DNA of 64,000 nucleotides from Dicyema japonicum (GCA_011109175.1 RDEW01000017.1:434001-498000), one strand, 5' to 3'; positions 36,511 through 50,870 are shown, numbered from the stretch's first letter. Notes: a model not told the origin generated them from the sequence alone. Program-made: numbers and translations.

Positions 36511-37559
36511 CCATGATTCTTATAAATTAAATTAGTAGGGACTGTTCACTGAAAACGTTATATGGATAATTCTTAAAGCCAAACTAAAATCTTTAAATGA
36601 AAAATTTATTTATCAAGACTTTTGACTGGTCATGTAAATGTGGTTAATTTCAAAAAATAAATGACAATTATTATTTATAATTGTCATTCTATCCACAAAT
36701 TGCATGTTAATTAATATTTTTATCAATTTATAACGTTTTTCTGCTAATTTATGCCAACTGGTTTGTTGAGGTCGAGAAATACAATTTAGAAATGTAGTTT
36801 GCATATTTGTGATCAGCTTTTAAAGCTCTTTAGCTCAGTATGAACTTTTTGTCATAAGATTAGTCATGCGCCTTGTATGCTTAGTCACTAGTGTTATAAG
36901 TGTATTCGTGACCCGTGTTGTGATTGCTCGGAATGACCTTGACAATGAGTCACGTTTCGCTTAAATATGTGAACTTGTCTAACGCTTACAGGTCCATGAC
37001 AACAAAAAAGGTTGGGGACACTGATTTAAACTTTAATCTTACATCGCTGTTCATAGCGACTGAAGGCAACACCGATCTACAATTTTTCTTGGATTAGCGT
37101 ATGACGCCTTCATCAGTGATTCATTACCGCGGAAACAGATTTTCTTCAGGGACTCACATGCAACCAAAAAAGAAAGTTAAGAACACTCTCGATCTATTGG
37201 ACTCATACCTCGATTAATTAGCATAAATGTTTTTTTCCTTCTTAAAGTATATGCGATTAACGAGAGTGAGCATAGACAACATCTGGGAGTTGAACACTTT
37301 AGCTCAAGTATCTAAGTTGACTAAAACCCCAATCATTGCACAACCAGCTTCACAATTTGAACGGTGTGCTCCAACCTGCATCCACTTCTCAGGTCTGAAA
37401 CCTCCGCTATCGCATACATGATTTCTGACATCCTTAGGCACACAACATCTGGTGTACACAAGTTATCTTAGAGTAAGATATCGTCAGCTTAAACAGCAAT
37501 TTCAGTTTTCATATTAGTTTGTTGTATGGGAGAATACAAAGATGTTGAACGGAGTTGGA

Positions 37560-38180
37560 TTTAAAACCGAATCCTACTGAACTTCATGTTTAGACCTAGA
37601 CCGTCAATATCTATACAATATGTACTTCATCCGTCCCTCTAAAAAGCTGAAGATCTACCTCCTTAGTTCCACAGAGATTCCCGAGGCGATCCTGCCAGAC
37701 TGAGTCGAACGCTTTCTCCACATCCAAAACAACGCCACAATGTACTGTTTCATGTTGTCTTAAAAAATCTCCAGAGGCAGTTACCAAAGGATCGCCTTTT
37801 ACGGATCCCATCTGAAGGTCCTTAATCTGCTAGCCTTAGGTGTATCACTCTTTCTAAGATTTCCCGACAACAGGCTAATTTGACGGTAGCTACCAAGATC
37901 TTCAAGGAGTTTTCTTGATTTCCTTACAAAAACCAGCTCCACTTCCTTCCAACATCTGAAACGCAATTAGACCAGGTGCTACCTTAAATATCCTCACCAG
38001 GACATCAATTAGACTTTGAGGTGTCTTCATGAAAGGGCCATAGGTATTTGTTAAATCGAAGGGCATTACTTTTTGATCCTAATTGCCCAAGGATCTCTTC
38101 ATATCCTAGAAAGGGCACCCGAAAGTTATCCATTTTGCATTTCCAAAAACCCGAAATATATGCAATTTTGAAGATTTGCC
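37560..38180 (-). mobile_element. LINE RT fragment (Jockey/I-like)
   Basis: VVLDVEKAFDSVWQDRL motif in ORF 37611-37811, with frameshifted upstream RT sequence. Confidence 0.75.
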
Positions 38181-38325
38181 ACAACTGTCGGAGGTCACAC
38201 GTATAGAGTAATAGTTAATATACGGCTGTGTGGTGATGCCTAAAAAACGTCGTTAAAAAACTCCTACAAAGAGATTACTAAAATCAAAAAGGCTACCTCT
38301 GGAGAGGTTTTAAAGAAGAGTTGTA

Positions 38326-40830
38326 TTGAAAGCATTAAGGATCTGTCTCTGGAACCGTCAACTGGGAAAGACAAACCAGAGTGGAGTCGACAGATTATTG
38401 ACAGTTGAACTCTCGGCTGTAGACAAGAGCATGGGGAGTATTAAACTTGCAAATTTTTTATGTGGATTGAAATCACTGAAAAACGCCAGAGTGACTGGAA
38501 AAGGCCCCGGAATTTTCCGATTGGAGTTTAAAGAAGAGTCCGATAAAATCTCAGTCATTGAAGAGACTAATCTATTTTCTCCTTTCGAGAATGGAAACCA
38601 CAAGGTGATCGAACTCCAAGAGAGGCTTTCGAAAATTGTTCTAAAGAATGTTCCAATATTGATTGAGGAAGACAAACTTATGGCTTACATGAAAGAAATT
38701 GCTCCAACCACTGAGTCGGTGAAACGTATTGTAAGAATGGAAGTAAACTCTCTGTTGTGAAGATGAGCTTAAAGTCAAGGGCAGAAGCTACTTCCTTGAT
38801 ACGCCTGGGTCTTGTCATTGGATGGATGGAAATTGATTGTGAGTGGGCCAGAAGACCATTCCAAGATGCTTTAATTGTCAATATTTCGGACACATTGCAA
38901 GACATTGCAATGGCAAAGAGATGTTTCTTCTGTGGAGGACCACATAGTTCCCCGGAGTGCCCAGAACCGAACAATAGAAGATACTGTATAAACTGCGGGT
39001 CTGGTGATCACGGAACGAGTTATGGTTGCTGTCCGGTTGGCGAAGGAAGCCATGCCTCCACAGGAAGAGGAACCAAATGTCATGGGTTAGGAACATGGAG
39101 GAGAGGAGAAAATCCTTTCCGTCCCGTTATCTAAATACAAAGTCTAGTGAAAACAAGCAGGACGCAATAATCAAAAATTGATCTCTAAAATATGATATTA
39201 TGAATCCAACACAGAAAAAGCCAATTGTGGATAAAGAATACCTGGAGGAGAAGCTAAAAAGGTCTGTTGGAGGCATCTGAAAAACAATCGAGAAACTTAC
39301 ATATGTGATTAACCGTCTAAACGAAGAGTGTGATAAGGTAAACTTGGATTTACTGCAAGTGGTGGCTCTGATCAGGACGCCAAGACCAGTGATCCAAAAC
39401 ATAAGGATCATGCTCGTGAATGCCCGATCAATCCTGAGGAGGCATCACGAGCTAGCTTCCCTGGCGAATGCCGAGGAAACTGATATAATAATTGTCAACG
39501 AAACGAAGATGAAGTCAAATGAGAATACAGTACTCCCGGGTTTTGAATCGATGTCTTTATACTGGAAAAAAGGCTATACCAGGGACTGGAACATCCAATT
39601 TTTATCAGTGTCATCTAAAGACAAGGTATCCGAGAATTGTTTCATCAATTTGTTGTGAGTTTGTGGCCATTGATGTTCGTTGTGTCGAATTGTCTTCTGG
39701 AGGCATACAAATCAGATGAAAAAAAGACTACTTCAGAAATGATTAATTTGGTTTTCGCCCAGGACAGTCATGCGATGATTGCTCATTTCATCTCAACTCC
39801 GAGTTATGCAAAGCCAGAGAATCCAAATGTCTCCTGAATGTCATATGTCTCGACATATCAAAAGTATTTGATACTGTTAACCACAGAGCCATAATCGGTC
39901 AGTTATCTCGACGGGACGCCCAAAAAACTAGTGAATTTGGTGAAAGTGTACATAGAAAGAAGAAAATCCTATGTTAGATGCGGACGCTATTTTTCAAATA
40001 TGATATTATTGAAGAGAGGAGTCCCACAAGGATCAATTTTGAGTTTTCTATTGTTTAATGTTCTAATGGCCGGTTTCCCGTCTCTGTCTACACTAAGTAC
40101 GAGATCTCTGGTATACGCAGACGACGTGCTATGTCTGATGTGTCGAGATCGAGCATGATCTCAGAGAGGAGACTCAATGTGTACATGTAAGAGATAAAAG
40201 ACTGGTGCGGTCTTCATGGGTTAAAACTATCCGAAGAAAAATCTAGTGCAATGAGGTTTTCGGTCGGAATGGTAAAGGAAATCAGAAAAGACTCCTATGC
40301 GGAATCAACATTGTGAGCTCCCTGAAGTATCTCGGAACAGCTTTTGGAAAATCTGGGATCACATTGCTCGATTTTAAACTCAAAAGGAAGAAAGCCCACC
40401 ATGCGATATTGTGTATGAGAAATTGAGATTTGAAACGGATATGTTTTTATTTATTTTTTCACGTACGATCATTCCATTACTCCTTTATGGACTGGAAGGA
40501 TGGTATTACACTGCATACAAAGAGCGTTTTATTTTCTTCTTGAAAAATCAAGGAGAGCAGGGATCAAGATTGCCCTACACAAAAGGCTCGACGAGAAGCT
40601 AGATGAAGATGAAAATTTGCTAGTAATGTCGATAAGAGATGTATCTGAAAAAAGGATGGAAAACTTCCTATAAAGAGATGCCATCATTGACTTGTATGTT
40701 GCAGCACAGAATAAACGATAAGAGGGGTCTGAGAGCGCAGAGAAGAGTCCAAGCGTTTGTAGGACTTGCCCCATGCGGCCAAATAACTCCCTCTTTAATA
40801 TTCCTTGCTAATAAAATTGTTAAAATTAAA
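38326..40830 (+). mobile_element. Two-ORF LINE, internally deleted (ORF1 zinc knuckles, APE, RT, C-terminus)
   Basis: ORF1 CFFCGGPHSSPECP...CINCGSGDHGTSYGCCP; APE IMLVNARSI...DIIIVNETK; RT KRGVPQGSILSFLLFN...VYADDV. Confidence 0.88.
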
Positions 40831-42729
40831 GTTAAATGAGGATTTTGCGAAAGTTCCCACACTTTCCCGTACATATGTCACACTTCCTTTAGAAAAATTT
40901 GAATTTGTAGAAATTGTGTGGCCTCTACAATGGAATCGACTAATTCTGTCGCCATAAATTCGAAGGAAACTGGTTTCACTCTTTTTGATTGCAGAGCGAT
41001 TGAAAAAAGGACTTCTCAGTGCCTTACACGAACCTATTTAAAAATCAAATTAACAGAAAATAATAAACTCTCCATATTGGATTATGTCATTTGGCAAAGC
41101 AAGAGCCCTATATTTTAGAATGTTTGTTCACATACAGTCATTGTCACTGGCCACGTAGTGTGTTTAGCGTTACATTCCATATAAGCCAGATTCACCACCG
41201 AAGCTTCGTACTCACCATGCTATCCATATTTAAATCCTAAATTTGAGTAAATCCTAAATTTGACTTAAAACACTGTTTTTGCGTATTATGCAAATTTTTC
41301 AATATAAATGGCTGCCGTAAAGTGAACTAAAATGTTCACTCAGTTGATTTTGCTAGGTGTGTTTCTCAGACAGATTTATGGAAAGCCCTTTAATAAGAAT
41401 TTGGAGAAAGTATTTCATTTAAATCAATCAAGAAATTTGTTGAGAAGAGAGCTGATCGTATGAGTTTGAATCTGGGAATAGGTAACATGTCAGTTTAAAT
41501 TATAGAAGAACTAAGTAGGTTGATTAAAGTAAAGTTTTTAATTATTTTAAAGGAAAACTCAAACGAATCATCAGAAAGTATAATTTAAATAATTCATTTT
41601 AGCTGTCAGTTGGAATTTTTACAGAGGTAAATTATGTGTGTTTATTCAAGTAACGGCAGAGGTAAACCCTTAATCTTCGGTAAATTTAATTATTTATTGG
41701 TTCATTTGAATTAAATTGTTATTTTATTATTTATTTGGCATTTCCCTTCGTTCACATTTACGGAATTCGTGTTCTAATTTTTATTACTACGTGGCGCCAT
41801 GTGGTGCTTTGCGGATAGTTGTCAAAAATTATTTTCCTTCCCTCCGATGGCGTCATTGGATCCACCTTAGACGCTCAATGCTTGGCCGGCATCAAGAGGA
41901 TCCAACCATTCTTTCCCCGGGACAAATTAGTTACCTGGAGACAAGTTCTGGAACGCTGGATCAGGAGATAGTTAGTTTGGTTACTTTTGGAATAAATTTA
42001 ATTTTTTTAATTAACTTATATTGGGCAGTTCGTTTCGCTCATAACCACCTAGCTTCTGTGGAAGGTTTACGATGTACAATTCACTTCCCCCACTGCCAAC
42101 TAATTAAAGGGGAGAAAACAAAGGGTCACCAATGATCCACATAAGGCTGGATCGTATCTCGATGCCTATCCTCTGAGGAAACAGCATGGCAATTCAAGTT
42201 CCCTAACTTTTGACTTAAGCATACGTAGATGTGTATGATTAATTCAATTATTAGAATGTGAAATTTAGACACAAAAAATCGTTAATTATGTTAAATTGTG
42301 AATTTATCATTTTATTTATGAATTTCAAATGCATTAAGGTTTTTTTATTTTAAAACCTAAAGGAACACCAAGAAAGTAGTAACTCGCTAGTCAAGTGATC
42401 CCAGCCTCTAACATGCTCACCAGCGATCCAACTGTATTCCTGAATTCTCTTCTTTTATGTGCACTTTTTAAAGACTTATACACACTTTGTGAATCAAAGC
42501 ACTTGGATACATTTATTTGGGCACATAGTAAGGATGAATCATGCCGTTCTTGCTAACGATATTATGGAATCATACTTCCTTTAAAAAAGCCACGAACAAC
42601 TTTGCCATCAATAATAAACATCGATCTAAAACATGTTAGAATGGTATTAGACGACGCAGATAGAGAAGTCTAACAGACCGGATTATCCGGGGGTGGAACA
42701 AGCGACGGGAAGGATACAATTTTCTTATT

Positions 42730-43170
42730 GCGAATGTGCATTATAATAATTGCATAATTGTTTTCCCTCTACTGTCATCTTGACTTTGTATCTCACAATA
42801 ACTCTCGAGATCAATTTGACGGATCACTGACTTTCGCGGACATCATGGTTTCTGAATGTAGCCAGACGTCCCAAGTTCTTGAAGAACAAATACTTCCTAT
42901 TTATCGCTCCAGTTGTCTTGACAGCTATTACGCGGAACGTGAATTGGCCGAAGAACCCTTAGTATTTCTTTCATTTGACCTTCTCGGCCTTTACTTCGCT
43001 TCCGATGATGTCAATAGAAGATATGGGTCGACACATGTAGCGTCTCATACTGTTAGCTTCCTCGAACGGAAAGATTGTAATTTCATCATACAAATAGTTG
43101 TTCGATGAAGTGAGAGAGTCTGTGGAGAATAGGATCAGATAGCGCAAATCTCCAGGCGGTTGACTATCAA
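42730..43170 (-). mobile_element. CRE-clade 3' fragment
   Basis: GTAGCCAGACGTCCCAAGTTCTTGA shared with the copies at 46200 and 54880; endonuclease-like translation. Confidence 0.65.
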
Positions 43171-44069
43171 CCAATCTTAAAAATATCGACTTTTAGTCGG
43201 CCATTGGAAATTGCGACTAACGTGCAACGATGATTATATTATTTGCGTAGGATAAAAACAAGAATAGTCTGTTTTTATATTTATTAAAAAACTCTGGGGC
43301 ACTCCGTTTGGTAGTAATTGTGATCTTGATCTGAGATGGCCACAGTTAAATTTTCCAATTTTTCTGAGAAAAAGTTGGTCAATCACAGTTTCAAGTTTGG
43401 GCGTATCTTTGAAACAAAAATCTTTCTCAATCTTCCTAACGCTTAAATCTCTTGTGTGAAATCTGAAATGCGATGATTTATTCACTCTTGCTTTGGTAGT
43501 TCATTCTGACTACCGAAATTCTGATTCCGATGAACGGAGGACGCTGAAGAGATACTCGGGTTTTTGGGATCGTTTCCGTTTAGTTCCAATCACTTTTGAA
43601 ATCTCCGGAAAGGTTTATAGAATGAGTAAAGAAGTCGTCAACGAAATCGGTAATAAAGTTGCGGCACGACTCAGAGACCTTAGCGAACAGAAATGATTTT
43701 CACATCGCCTTTGAATACTTTACTATTGAGAAAGAAACAAAGAGTCTCTGATAACTGGAGCGAAGATTTCTTTGTACAAAAAAGGAATTGGTCTGGAAAA
43801 TTAACAAGAAGAATTAGAATTTCGGTATCTTTCTGGGATCAATCTCCTCACAACCCTTAGTTAGTATACAGTTTTTTTCCTAATAACGTTGTGGCTTGTG
43901 ACTGCACATGATGGGCCATGATCTTTGGTCCTTCGAAAGTGCGGTATTATTATTTCTGCGTATAATATGGGTATTGAAGAATTCCTCGATCTTTAACAAA
44001 ATTTGGAGATCAGATAATTGCTTTCCTAAATAATTTTTAATGGTTATTATTTTTTTGAGATTAACAAAA

Positions 44070-44830
44070 TATGTTCCTATTTAGTGTCCTTTATCCTTTT
44101 TGCAGCGTCTTTTCGTCTATCATCTGTATTTCGACGTCTAGTCTCTCAATTGTGCTGCGTGAAGCAGAGGAATTCTCATCCCTCTGCCTCTCTTGTTTCA
44201 CACGACAATCATCTGGTCTTTTTACAGAGGCCTCTGCTTTCATAGCAACCGGGCTCGCTCCGTGACTGTCGACCCGCAGTGGATACATGATTTTCCGTCG
44301 GTTTGCACCGGGAAACTACGGAAGACTATATGGTACTCCGTAGGGAAGGCATTTTCTTGTTCCATTGCAATGCCTTGTGAAGTGGCCGAGTTGTTGACAG
44401 TTATAGCATCTTGGTGGCCTCCTGGCCCATTTGTGGGTTATATAGGCACGTCCTATTGAGAATCTCAAACGTAAGGGAAATAACTTCTGCGTTAGAGTCA
44501 ATCGCAAATCTCGTCAATGGTAGTCTCACCTATCTCTGAGGAACCTGAAGAACCTGTCAGGTGGTTTTGAAGTTGCCTCACTAATTTCGCGGTTTCCAAT
44601 CCAGAATGACTATATCGTGTTTAGTTCCACAAGGAATTTGTTCTTATCTCCAATTTCCTTAAATTCCACACGAAAGGACCCCGGTCCCTTACACGTGAGG
44701 AGAGTGTCCTTTATCGAACTAAGTTGACATAGCCATTTGATAAACTAATCGCTCCTCTTCACACATCGCAGGCTGAAACGTTGATAAGGAGGTTCAATTT
44801 GTTGCCAACTAAGTTTCATTTAAACCCTCG
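44070..44830 (-). mobile_element. LINE ORF1 (gag-like) remnant
   Basis: RRPPRCYNCQQLGHFTRHC zinc knuckle; 44505-44570 is repeated at 46795-46855. Confidence 0.75.
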
Positions 44831-44859
44831 ACTTGAGTACAGCAAGAAAATTGCGGGCT

Positions 44860-45710
44860 AGTTCGAATAGGCTTGCTAGGATGATCCTGGTTACCGATCT
44901 TTTCAATCCTCCTCTGTTCGACGCCAGACATCTCAAAACTCCATGGTCTTCACAGTTATTCAGAGAGAGAAGTTGTCTTCCATGATGACATTTGCTGGCG
45001 TGCTTGAGTGCACCCTTAGAATGTGGCTAAACAGATTCCAGTGTGACTAACATATTATGGGTCCGTGAAGAATGTGATTAACATATTTATAGGTCCGTGA
45101 AGAATCTTTCATATAACGCTTTCTAGGAGAGACCGAAGTTTTTTTCTGTGAAATAAATCAAGCCTCTTCTCGAGTTTTTGGGATTCCTCATGTGCCCGAA
45201 TTATAAGTAAGAATAAACTTCACAAAGGCGGCATACAGTCTGAGATGAGAGGAAAACAGAACGTCTTCCTGTCCATTCATTAATTAACTTAGTCATAGTT
45301 ACTGTCGAAAGAAATTTTTTCCTGGTGATATCTTCGAAATCTCCATGAAAGGAACCGAGTTTTTAGACTTGGCCATCTTTCGGTTCTACGTGACTCCATC
45401 TATTTGATCTTGACAATCACTATCTTTTATGTGTTCACAGATAGGAACCATTTGCTCAGATGACCCAACGCTTCAAGAGTGCTTCCCAGTCATTTGAGAC
45501 AAAGTTCATGTCGTCAGCGTACCCAATTTCCGCAACATTATTTCCGTAGAACTTTCCGAAGTCGAGAAGAGCCGATTCCAAATAAACGAAAAATAGTTAC
45601 GGAGATAGAGAATCTCTGCGAGGTGTGCCCAATGTTGGTATGATTTTCCGAGACAGGATTTTTCTGAAGGGTGTCTTGTTCCAGAAGGGAACCAATTGAA
45701 GATGATGGAA
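44860..45710 (-). mobile_element. RTE RT-to-3' remnant
   Basis: GTPRRDSLSP*LFFVYLESAL...IGYADDMNF (decayed QGDSLSP and YADD); C-terminal LRCLASNRGG. Confidence 0.75.
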
Positions 45711-46019
45711 ACACGTTTAGCCAAGCACTGCTGTGAGGGGAAGAGGCTGCCAGAATGCAAGCCTACTGTGCAAGTCTTCCGGTTCCATAAGGGTCGAATG
45801 AGTATTTCTGTACAAAATGTTGGTCCATTGCTAATTGTTAACTTCTTTCCCGGTGTGTCCGATGTTAACAATTAAAGAATCATAAAAATTTTGTGGAGAT
45901 AAGTATAAAATGATAATAAAAGTTTAACAAAAAACGAGTCTGGAATCTCATTCTAGTTTTGATGCTTCGAGGATTCGTCCTCAAGGCAGCAATTGAGGCG
46001 TGGTGCTGTACGGGAAACG

Positions 46020-46430
46020 ATATTGTCCTGAATAATTAATTTTACTAATTATTCCAATTGTGGGTGAATTTATCAACTATTATTTCTTATTAATCTATTT
46101 TATCCCCCAACATGATTGACGCGGCGTTACCTCTCACGATAGTTATTGAGATAAATGGAGGAGCCACTGGGTTGTGAGGAAGTCACGAGCTTTGAATGCG
46201 GCCAGACGTCCCAGGTTCTTTAGGAAAGACAAATAATCATGCTTATTGTTCCAGTTGTCTCGACATTTTTGAGCCATGCTTCGGCTGGAAGGAGATACTT
46301 TTTATTTTCCTGACACATGTAGACACAGACTTTTGAAACTGTTCCCGTAGTATTGGCGATGAGTACCGACGTTTCGTATGGTATCTTTTCTGAAAATCCT
46401 TTCACTCCTTTGCTCCAACATGGGGTGTAT
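46020..46430 (-). mobile_element. CRE-clade 3' end with 3'UTR
   Basis: VETTGTISMIICLS..NLGRLA...; the 3'UTR (46020-46110) aligns with 54660-54790. Confidence 0.75.
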
Positions 46431-47329
46431 CAAGCCAAATCTAGCTTAGACAATTTTGTGGTTACTGTCCGCTGTAAGTAAAGTACCAAACCCTAAAGTC
46501 CACGTGGACCGTAAACTCCTGTCCATAATGTTTACAGTTAGAAGGAAGTAAAATTAATCTTTAGTCTTTGTGACTACGTTAAAGACTTCTTTGACTTTCG
46601 TCTCTTGAAGGCAGCATATCGATTTTCCGTCTTAGACAAGTAGATGCCTCTTCGGTCGGTCGTTGCGACCTCTGCCGTTGAAGGTAAGAAAGAATTCTTT
46701 ATTAAAGTCTCACATTTTCCCCTTGAAACGTCAAACACGTTTTTAGACAAAATTAAAAATTGTATTTTTCCATACAAAAATGGAGACCTGTTATCAATCG
46801 CAAATCTCGCCACTGGTAGTCTCACCCATCTCTGAAAAAACCTGAAGAACCTGTAACACCTTTATTTGTCTTCTGACTTATTGAGTACATTTCCTTACAA
46901 ATTGTCAGGGGAATTCGTTTTCAATTATGAAAGCGGCCAACCTTGACTAAAAGGTATTTCTAGTAGTTGTTAACTGTCTGTTTTTTTATGAATTCTTTCA
47001 GGAAAATTTAATTCATATTTTTCTATTCTCACAATGCCAATTGAGATATTTATTTTTTTAATTAAATTATCAGTAGAAAATCAATTTAATTTCCTATTAA
47101 TTCTCGAGGGATAAAATTTTTAATTGATATTGTAGTTGAAATTCTCAGATGGATTTCAAAATTCTTTCAATTTTAAACCCAGATCTAAAGTCCTTCTATT
47201 GGTTAATTGATCAAAGGTTGACTGGTATAATAGCTTGGTGTTTTACTATGGCAACGAAGAAGTCATGTCATATCTACTTTATCAAGATTATATATTTGTA
47301 TAAATTTAACACTAACCCAAACAACTAAC

Positions 47330-47412
47330 TATAATCCCTAACCAAAATCCCCAACCCTAATCCTAACCGCATACCCTAATCTCTAATCATGACTCTAATC
47401 CCTAACCCCCGA
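47330..47412 (+). repeat. Degenerate telomere-like (CCCTAA/CTAACC) tract, left part
   Basis: CTAACCC...CCCTAACC...CCCTAATCCTAACC...CCCTAATCTCTAATC...CCCTAACCCC. Confidence 0.7.
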
Positions 47413-47432
47413 CCATAAGCGTGAGTATAATC

Positions 47433-48471
47433 TGTCGCGTCCCACGCTGGTTACATATTAACTGTCAATCACTGTTGAGCCTCATGTCATACTTAATGTG
47501 GCTTTGATCATTTTTAATCGTGTCGGACATATATATTATTTTTTGCAGTTATTCATAAATATTTAACATGTGTTCTATAAAATTTTTATCTCTATATGAT
47601 AATAATAGGCTTGTCAAAAATATATAGAATATCAATCCATAGTGAACATTCTAAATGGTGATCCTGTACAGACATCTTCAAGACAAGCGAAATACAAATT
47701 AATGAAAAAATCAGAGAAATTTATTGTCATTGATGGTTGATTATACATCAAAGACGAAAAATTTGAAAAACACAGACTAATTGTTTGCATGGATAACGAG
47801 TCTGAAATGCGAACTATTCTATCCATAGAAATAGTCATTCGGGGATTCGTAAAATGCAGCAAGAATGTTTGCACTCTTATATTTTAATAAAACGGAAAAT
47901 TATTGAAAGAATTGTCAAAGAGTGTACAATTTTCCTGAGTATAAAAGTTTATTTTTTTAATTTCATAGAAAATAAGAGTTCGGATGATGTTTTTCAACGA
48001 ACATCAGAGAATATTTACATGGAACATATTTCAGATGTTTCAGGTATTTATTATATAAAATCTGCTAAAAAACTTAGATTCAAAACATTTTGATCTTAAT
48101 TTTTCTAAATTCAGCCTATTTTAAGCGGATGAACAAAAGAATGAACGTTCATCAATCAAAGTATGATTTTTCTATTGGAAATGAGTTATTTTAGTGAATA
48201 AATTTAGATACAAGTTTTAAAGGATTTTGGGACTAATCCATCGCTAAAGTTGAGCAGATTTGAATCTCTATATGGAGAGCCAAGTAAAATTACTCAAATT
48301 TTGTCAAATTAATGCAGGATCAGGAGAATTGAAACTGAGTCAACATGAGTCGAGTCAAGAAAATATAGACTTTAAAAAAATAAATTCTTTGATTAGAAAC
48401 GACAGGTGACATGTTGATTGACAGGTCAAATGTAACCAGCACTGGATGGGTAACCCGAGCGGGATGCGACA
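47433..48471 (+). mobile_element. Ginger-like (retroviral-integrase-type) DNA transposon, internally deleted, 1039 bp
   Basis: TG...CA ends with ~45-bp imperfect TIRs (TGTCGCGTCCCACGCTGGTTACATATTAACTGTCAATCA versus the inverse at 48415-48471). 5-bp TSD TAATC at 47428-47432 and 48472-48476. Internal HSGIRKMQQEC...IIERIVKECT is an integrase Zn-binding-like segment; the DDE core is missing. Confidence 0.8.
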
Positions 48472-48484
48472 TAATCCTATCTTT

Positions 48485-48562
48485 ATCTTTAAACCTAACA
48501 CCCAACCATAACCCTGACTCTATCCCTATCCCCCAACCATAACTTTAATTCCTAACCCTAAT
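48485..48562 (+). repeat. Degenerate telomere-like tract, right part
   Basis: AAACCTAACACCCAACCATAACCCTGACTCTATCCCTATCCCCCAACC...CCTAACCCTAA, same strand polarity as the left part. Confidence 0.65.
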
Positions 48563-50169
48563 TTTATTGTAAGCAGGCCGTAAGTTATTAATTCTCGAAC
48601 ATAAATTTTGATGTGATGAACGGACTAACAATTGTGGACTGCATCCACTTACTTCCAGGAAGAGTGCTTCCAGGGTTCACACATAAAACCTTGACAAAAT
48701 CGTTAGACGAACTTTGGACGCGAGTGGTTTTTCCTTTGCTCTCGAACTTGCATGAGTAGATGTAATGGAAAACAATCGAATAAAATGACCATCTTTCCGT
48801 CCGTGACTAGAAAGTCTCTAGTCTCTGGAAGTCATGTATTCTGTTGTAATTCTATTAAGAGATTTTAAATGAATTGGATTTTATGTTTTGGTCCAATTAA
48901 CTTTTTTCAGGCTCTTAGAGTGCAGATAGTGTCATGGACGATGAACATGAAATCTGCATTGCCCACGATAGACTTGCATAGGTCATCTTGAGTCGGATAA
49001 ATTGTTCATAAACTGTGGTAAGGCTCCCAGTTTTGTCCTTAATTGTTTTGAGAGCACTTTCGGGATTCTCATTTTTTTCAGAGTTACCTTGTTCTCAACA
49101 TGTTGGATAAAAGAGAGTCCCTGATCAAAGGTAACCCAAAGAATCTTGATGTTTTGTTAATAGGAATGGCCTCGTTCTTCTTAAGGAATTTTGGTTCGAC
49201 ACAGACCTGTCTTTTGTACGTGGTAAAATGCGTTACAGAAGACTTAGTTATTTATTATCTCGCGAGCGCTGTGAGTGATGACAGATGATTTGACAGGTGT
49301 CAACAGCTATCATGTTTATTGCAAATTAATCAATACTTAAGTTTCGGAATAATTTGTGCATTTTTATATAAAATCCTTATTTTTACTGATAGAGATTAAT
49401 CTTAGGTACTAACAAAAAAGTAACCCACTAATCACGTTGTCCTGATGCCTAATAAAGTTACCATAAAAAATACTGAAGAGTACAACATTATTAAATGCAC
49501 GAGACCTGAATGTATCAGAAGCTCGGAAGTATAGAAGGCTGAAAACTTTCTTATGATAAACGGAAAGATTTTATTTAATTTTAATTAAAATTTTAGAGGA
49601 ATAAGCAGGAATTTAATATTATCGTCGTATGCTCGCATGTTCCGGAATATGCCTCTTACCGTTAGAGGGCATATCTCGGGATTATTAAAGACCGGAAACC
49701 ATCAAGTCCTGAATTCTGTCTACAAACAATACATCGAACCATGGAACTTCTATGCGTGTGCTTCCTCGGCCCAGTTTATCTTTTGGAAAAATTCCTTGAA
49801 GATCTAAGCAGCCAAAAAAGGGGGTTTTAAAGTTACTTGTTCCTATCGTTAGCAAGCTCTCATAGTCTATCCAAGTTCTCCCCCCTATTTGAGATGTCTC
49901 CCAATCATCCGAGTCCATGAACATCTGTAAGGTGGTTATTGGTCGTTCTCTGAGCGTCGAATGAGGAGTCCTCTAAAACCACAGTAAGCTGCGGCTTCAA
50001 GGTCTGTTCTCAATTCATTTCCAAATATCCCCCATCGAGCCTCCGTAATTTCAATTGAAGTTGACGGTTTTTTGAATCATCTCGTACACGGTTTTTTGAC
50101 ATTCTGGAGCCCCTTTGGCAGGGCAGCGTTTGTGAGAGGAGAGACCAGTTCAATTTGATTACTTATAAT

Positions 50170-50400
50170 AACAATGACACAAGAGACCACGGTTACAAAA
50201 ATTATCTAATCAAGTGATCCGAGCAAACTCTATCAGAGAACTCAACTTGGCCCGATGCTCCTCCCTCGAACTCACACAAGCACGTATCGGCCGAATCACT
50301 GGATCTTCGTAGTCACGATGGCAGGTTTCACGGTTCATGCGTATCATGGATTCTAGTAGCATTTTAGGCTGTGACTCTCCAGATGTCCACCATTCCGTAA
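50170..50400 (-). mobile_element. LINE 3' end ('...IT*' family)
   Basis: ...REEHRAKLSSLIEFARIT* followed by a short 3'UTR. Confidence 0.7.
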
Positions 50401-50619
50401 TTTTGGAGTCTTTTTTTTCGACTAGCCTCGACCATCAAGACATTTGTCCAAGAAATAAAGGCACCACAGGAAAATGCAAGGTTCAATAAATGAATTAAAT
50501 GTAAATAGAATTCAGGATAGGGCTATTTCCTATCATCTATAATCCAGATAGACATTTCAAAACATTAGTTTTTTTTACATTTTGTAATTATATTTTCAAC
50601 ATGGAGGAGAATTTATTTA

Positions 50620-50870
50620 TTTAACTCCAAGACCACCAAGAAAGATAGGTCAAAACTAACTAATTAGGTGATCCCAGCCTCCAACAACATCCGAACTCTC
50701 TTCGCCTGGTCTTCGGATGACCCAACCGCACTCCGAAAGCGCTTTCTCTTTCTTCTGCATAGGAATTCAATCGGCGTGCACTTTTTTATAATCGACCGAA
50801 ATTCCTCTGCATAGGCCACTTTTTCCTTGAATGGGTTTCCCAGTTTTTTGCAAAAACGTGTCACGTGGGG
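50620..50870 (-). mobile_element. LINE 3' end ('...GIT*' family)
   Basis: CTPIEFL...EDQAKRVRMLLEAGIT*, then TTGGTGGTCTTGGAGTTAAATAAATAAA. Confidence 0.75.

Noticed and set aside
47330-48562. A true chromosome end or fusion site
   Set aside because: The repeats are highly degenerate and of the same polarity on both sides, not head-to-head as expected for an end-to-end fusion.
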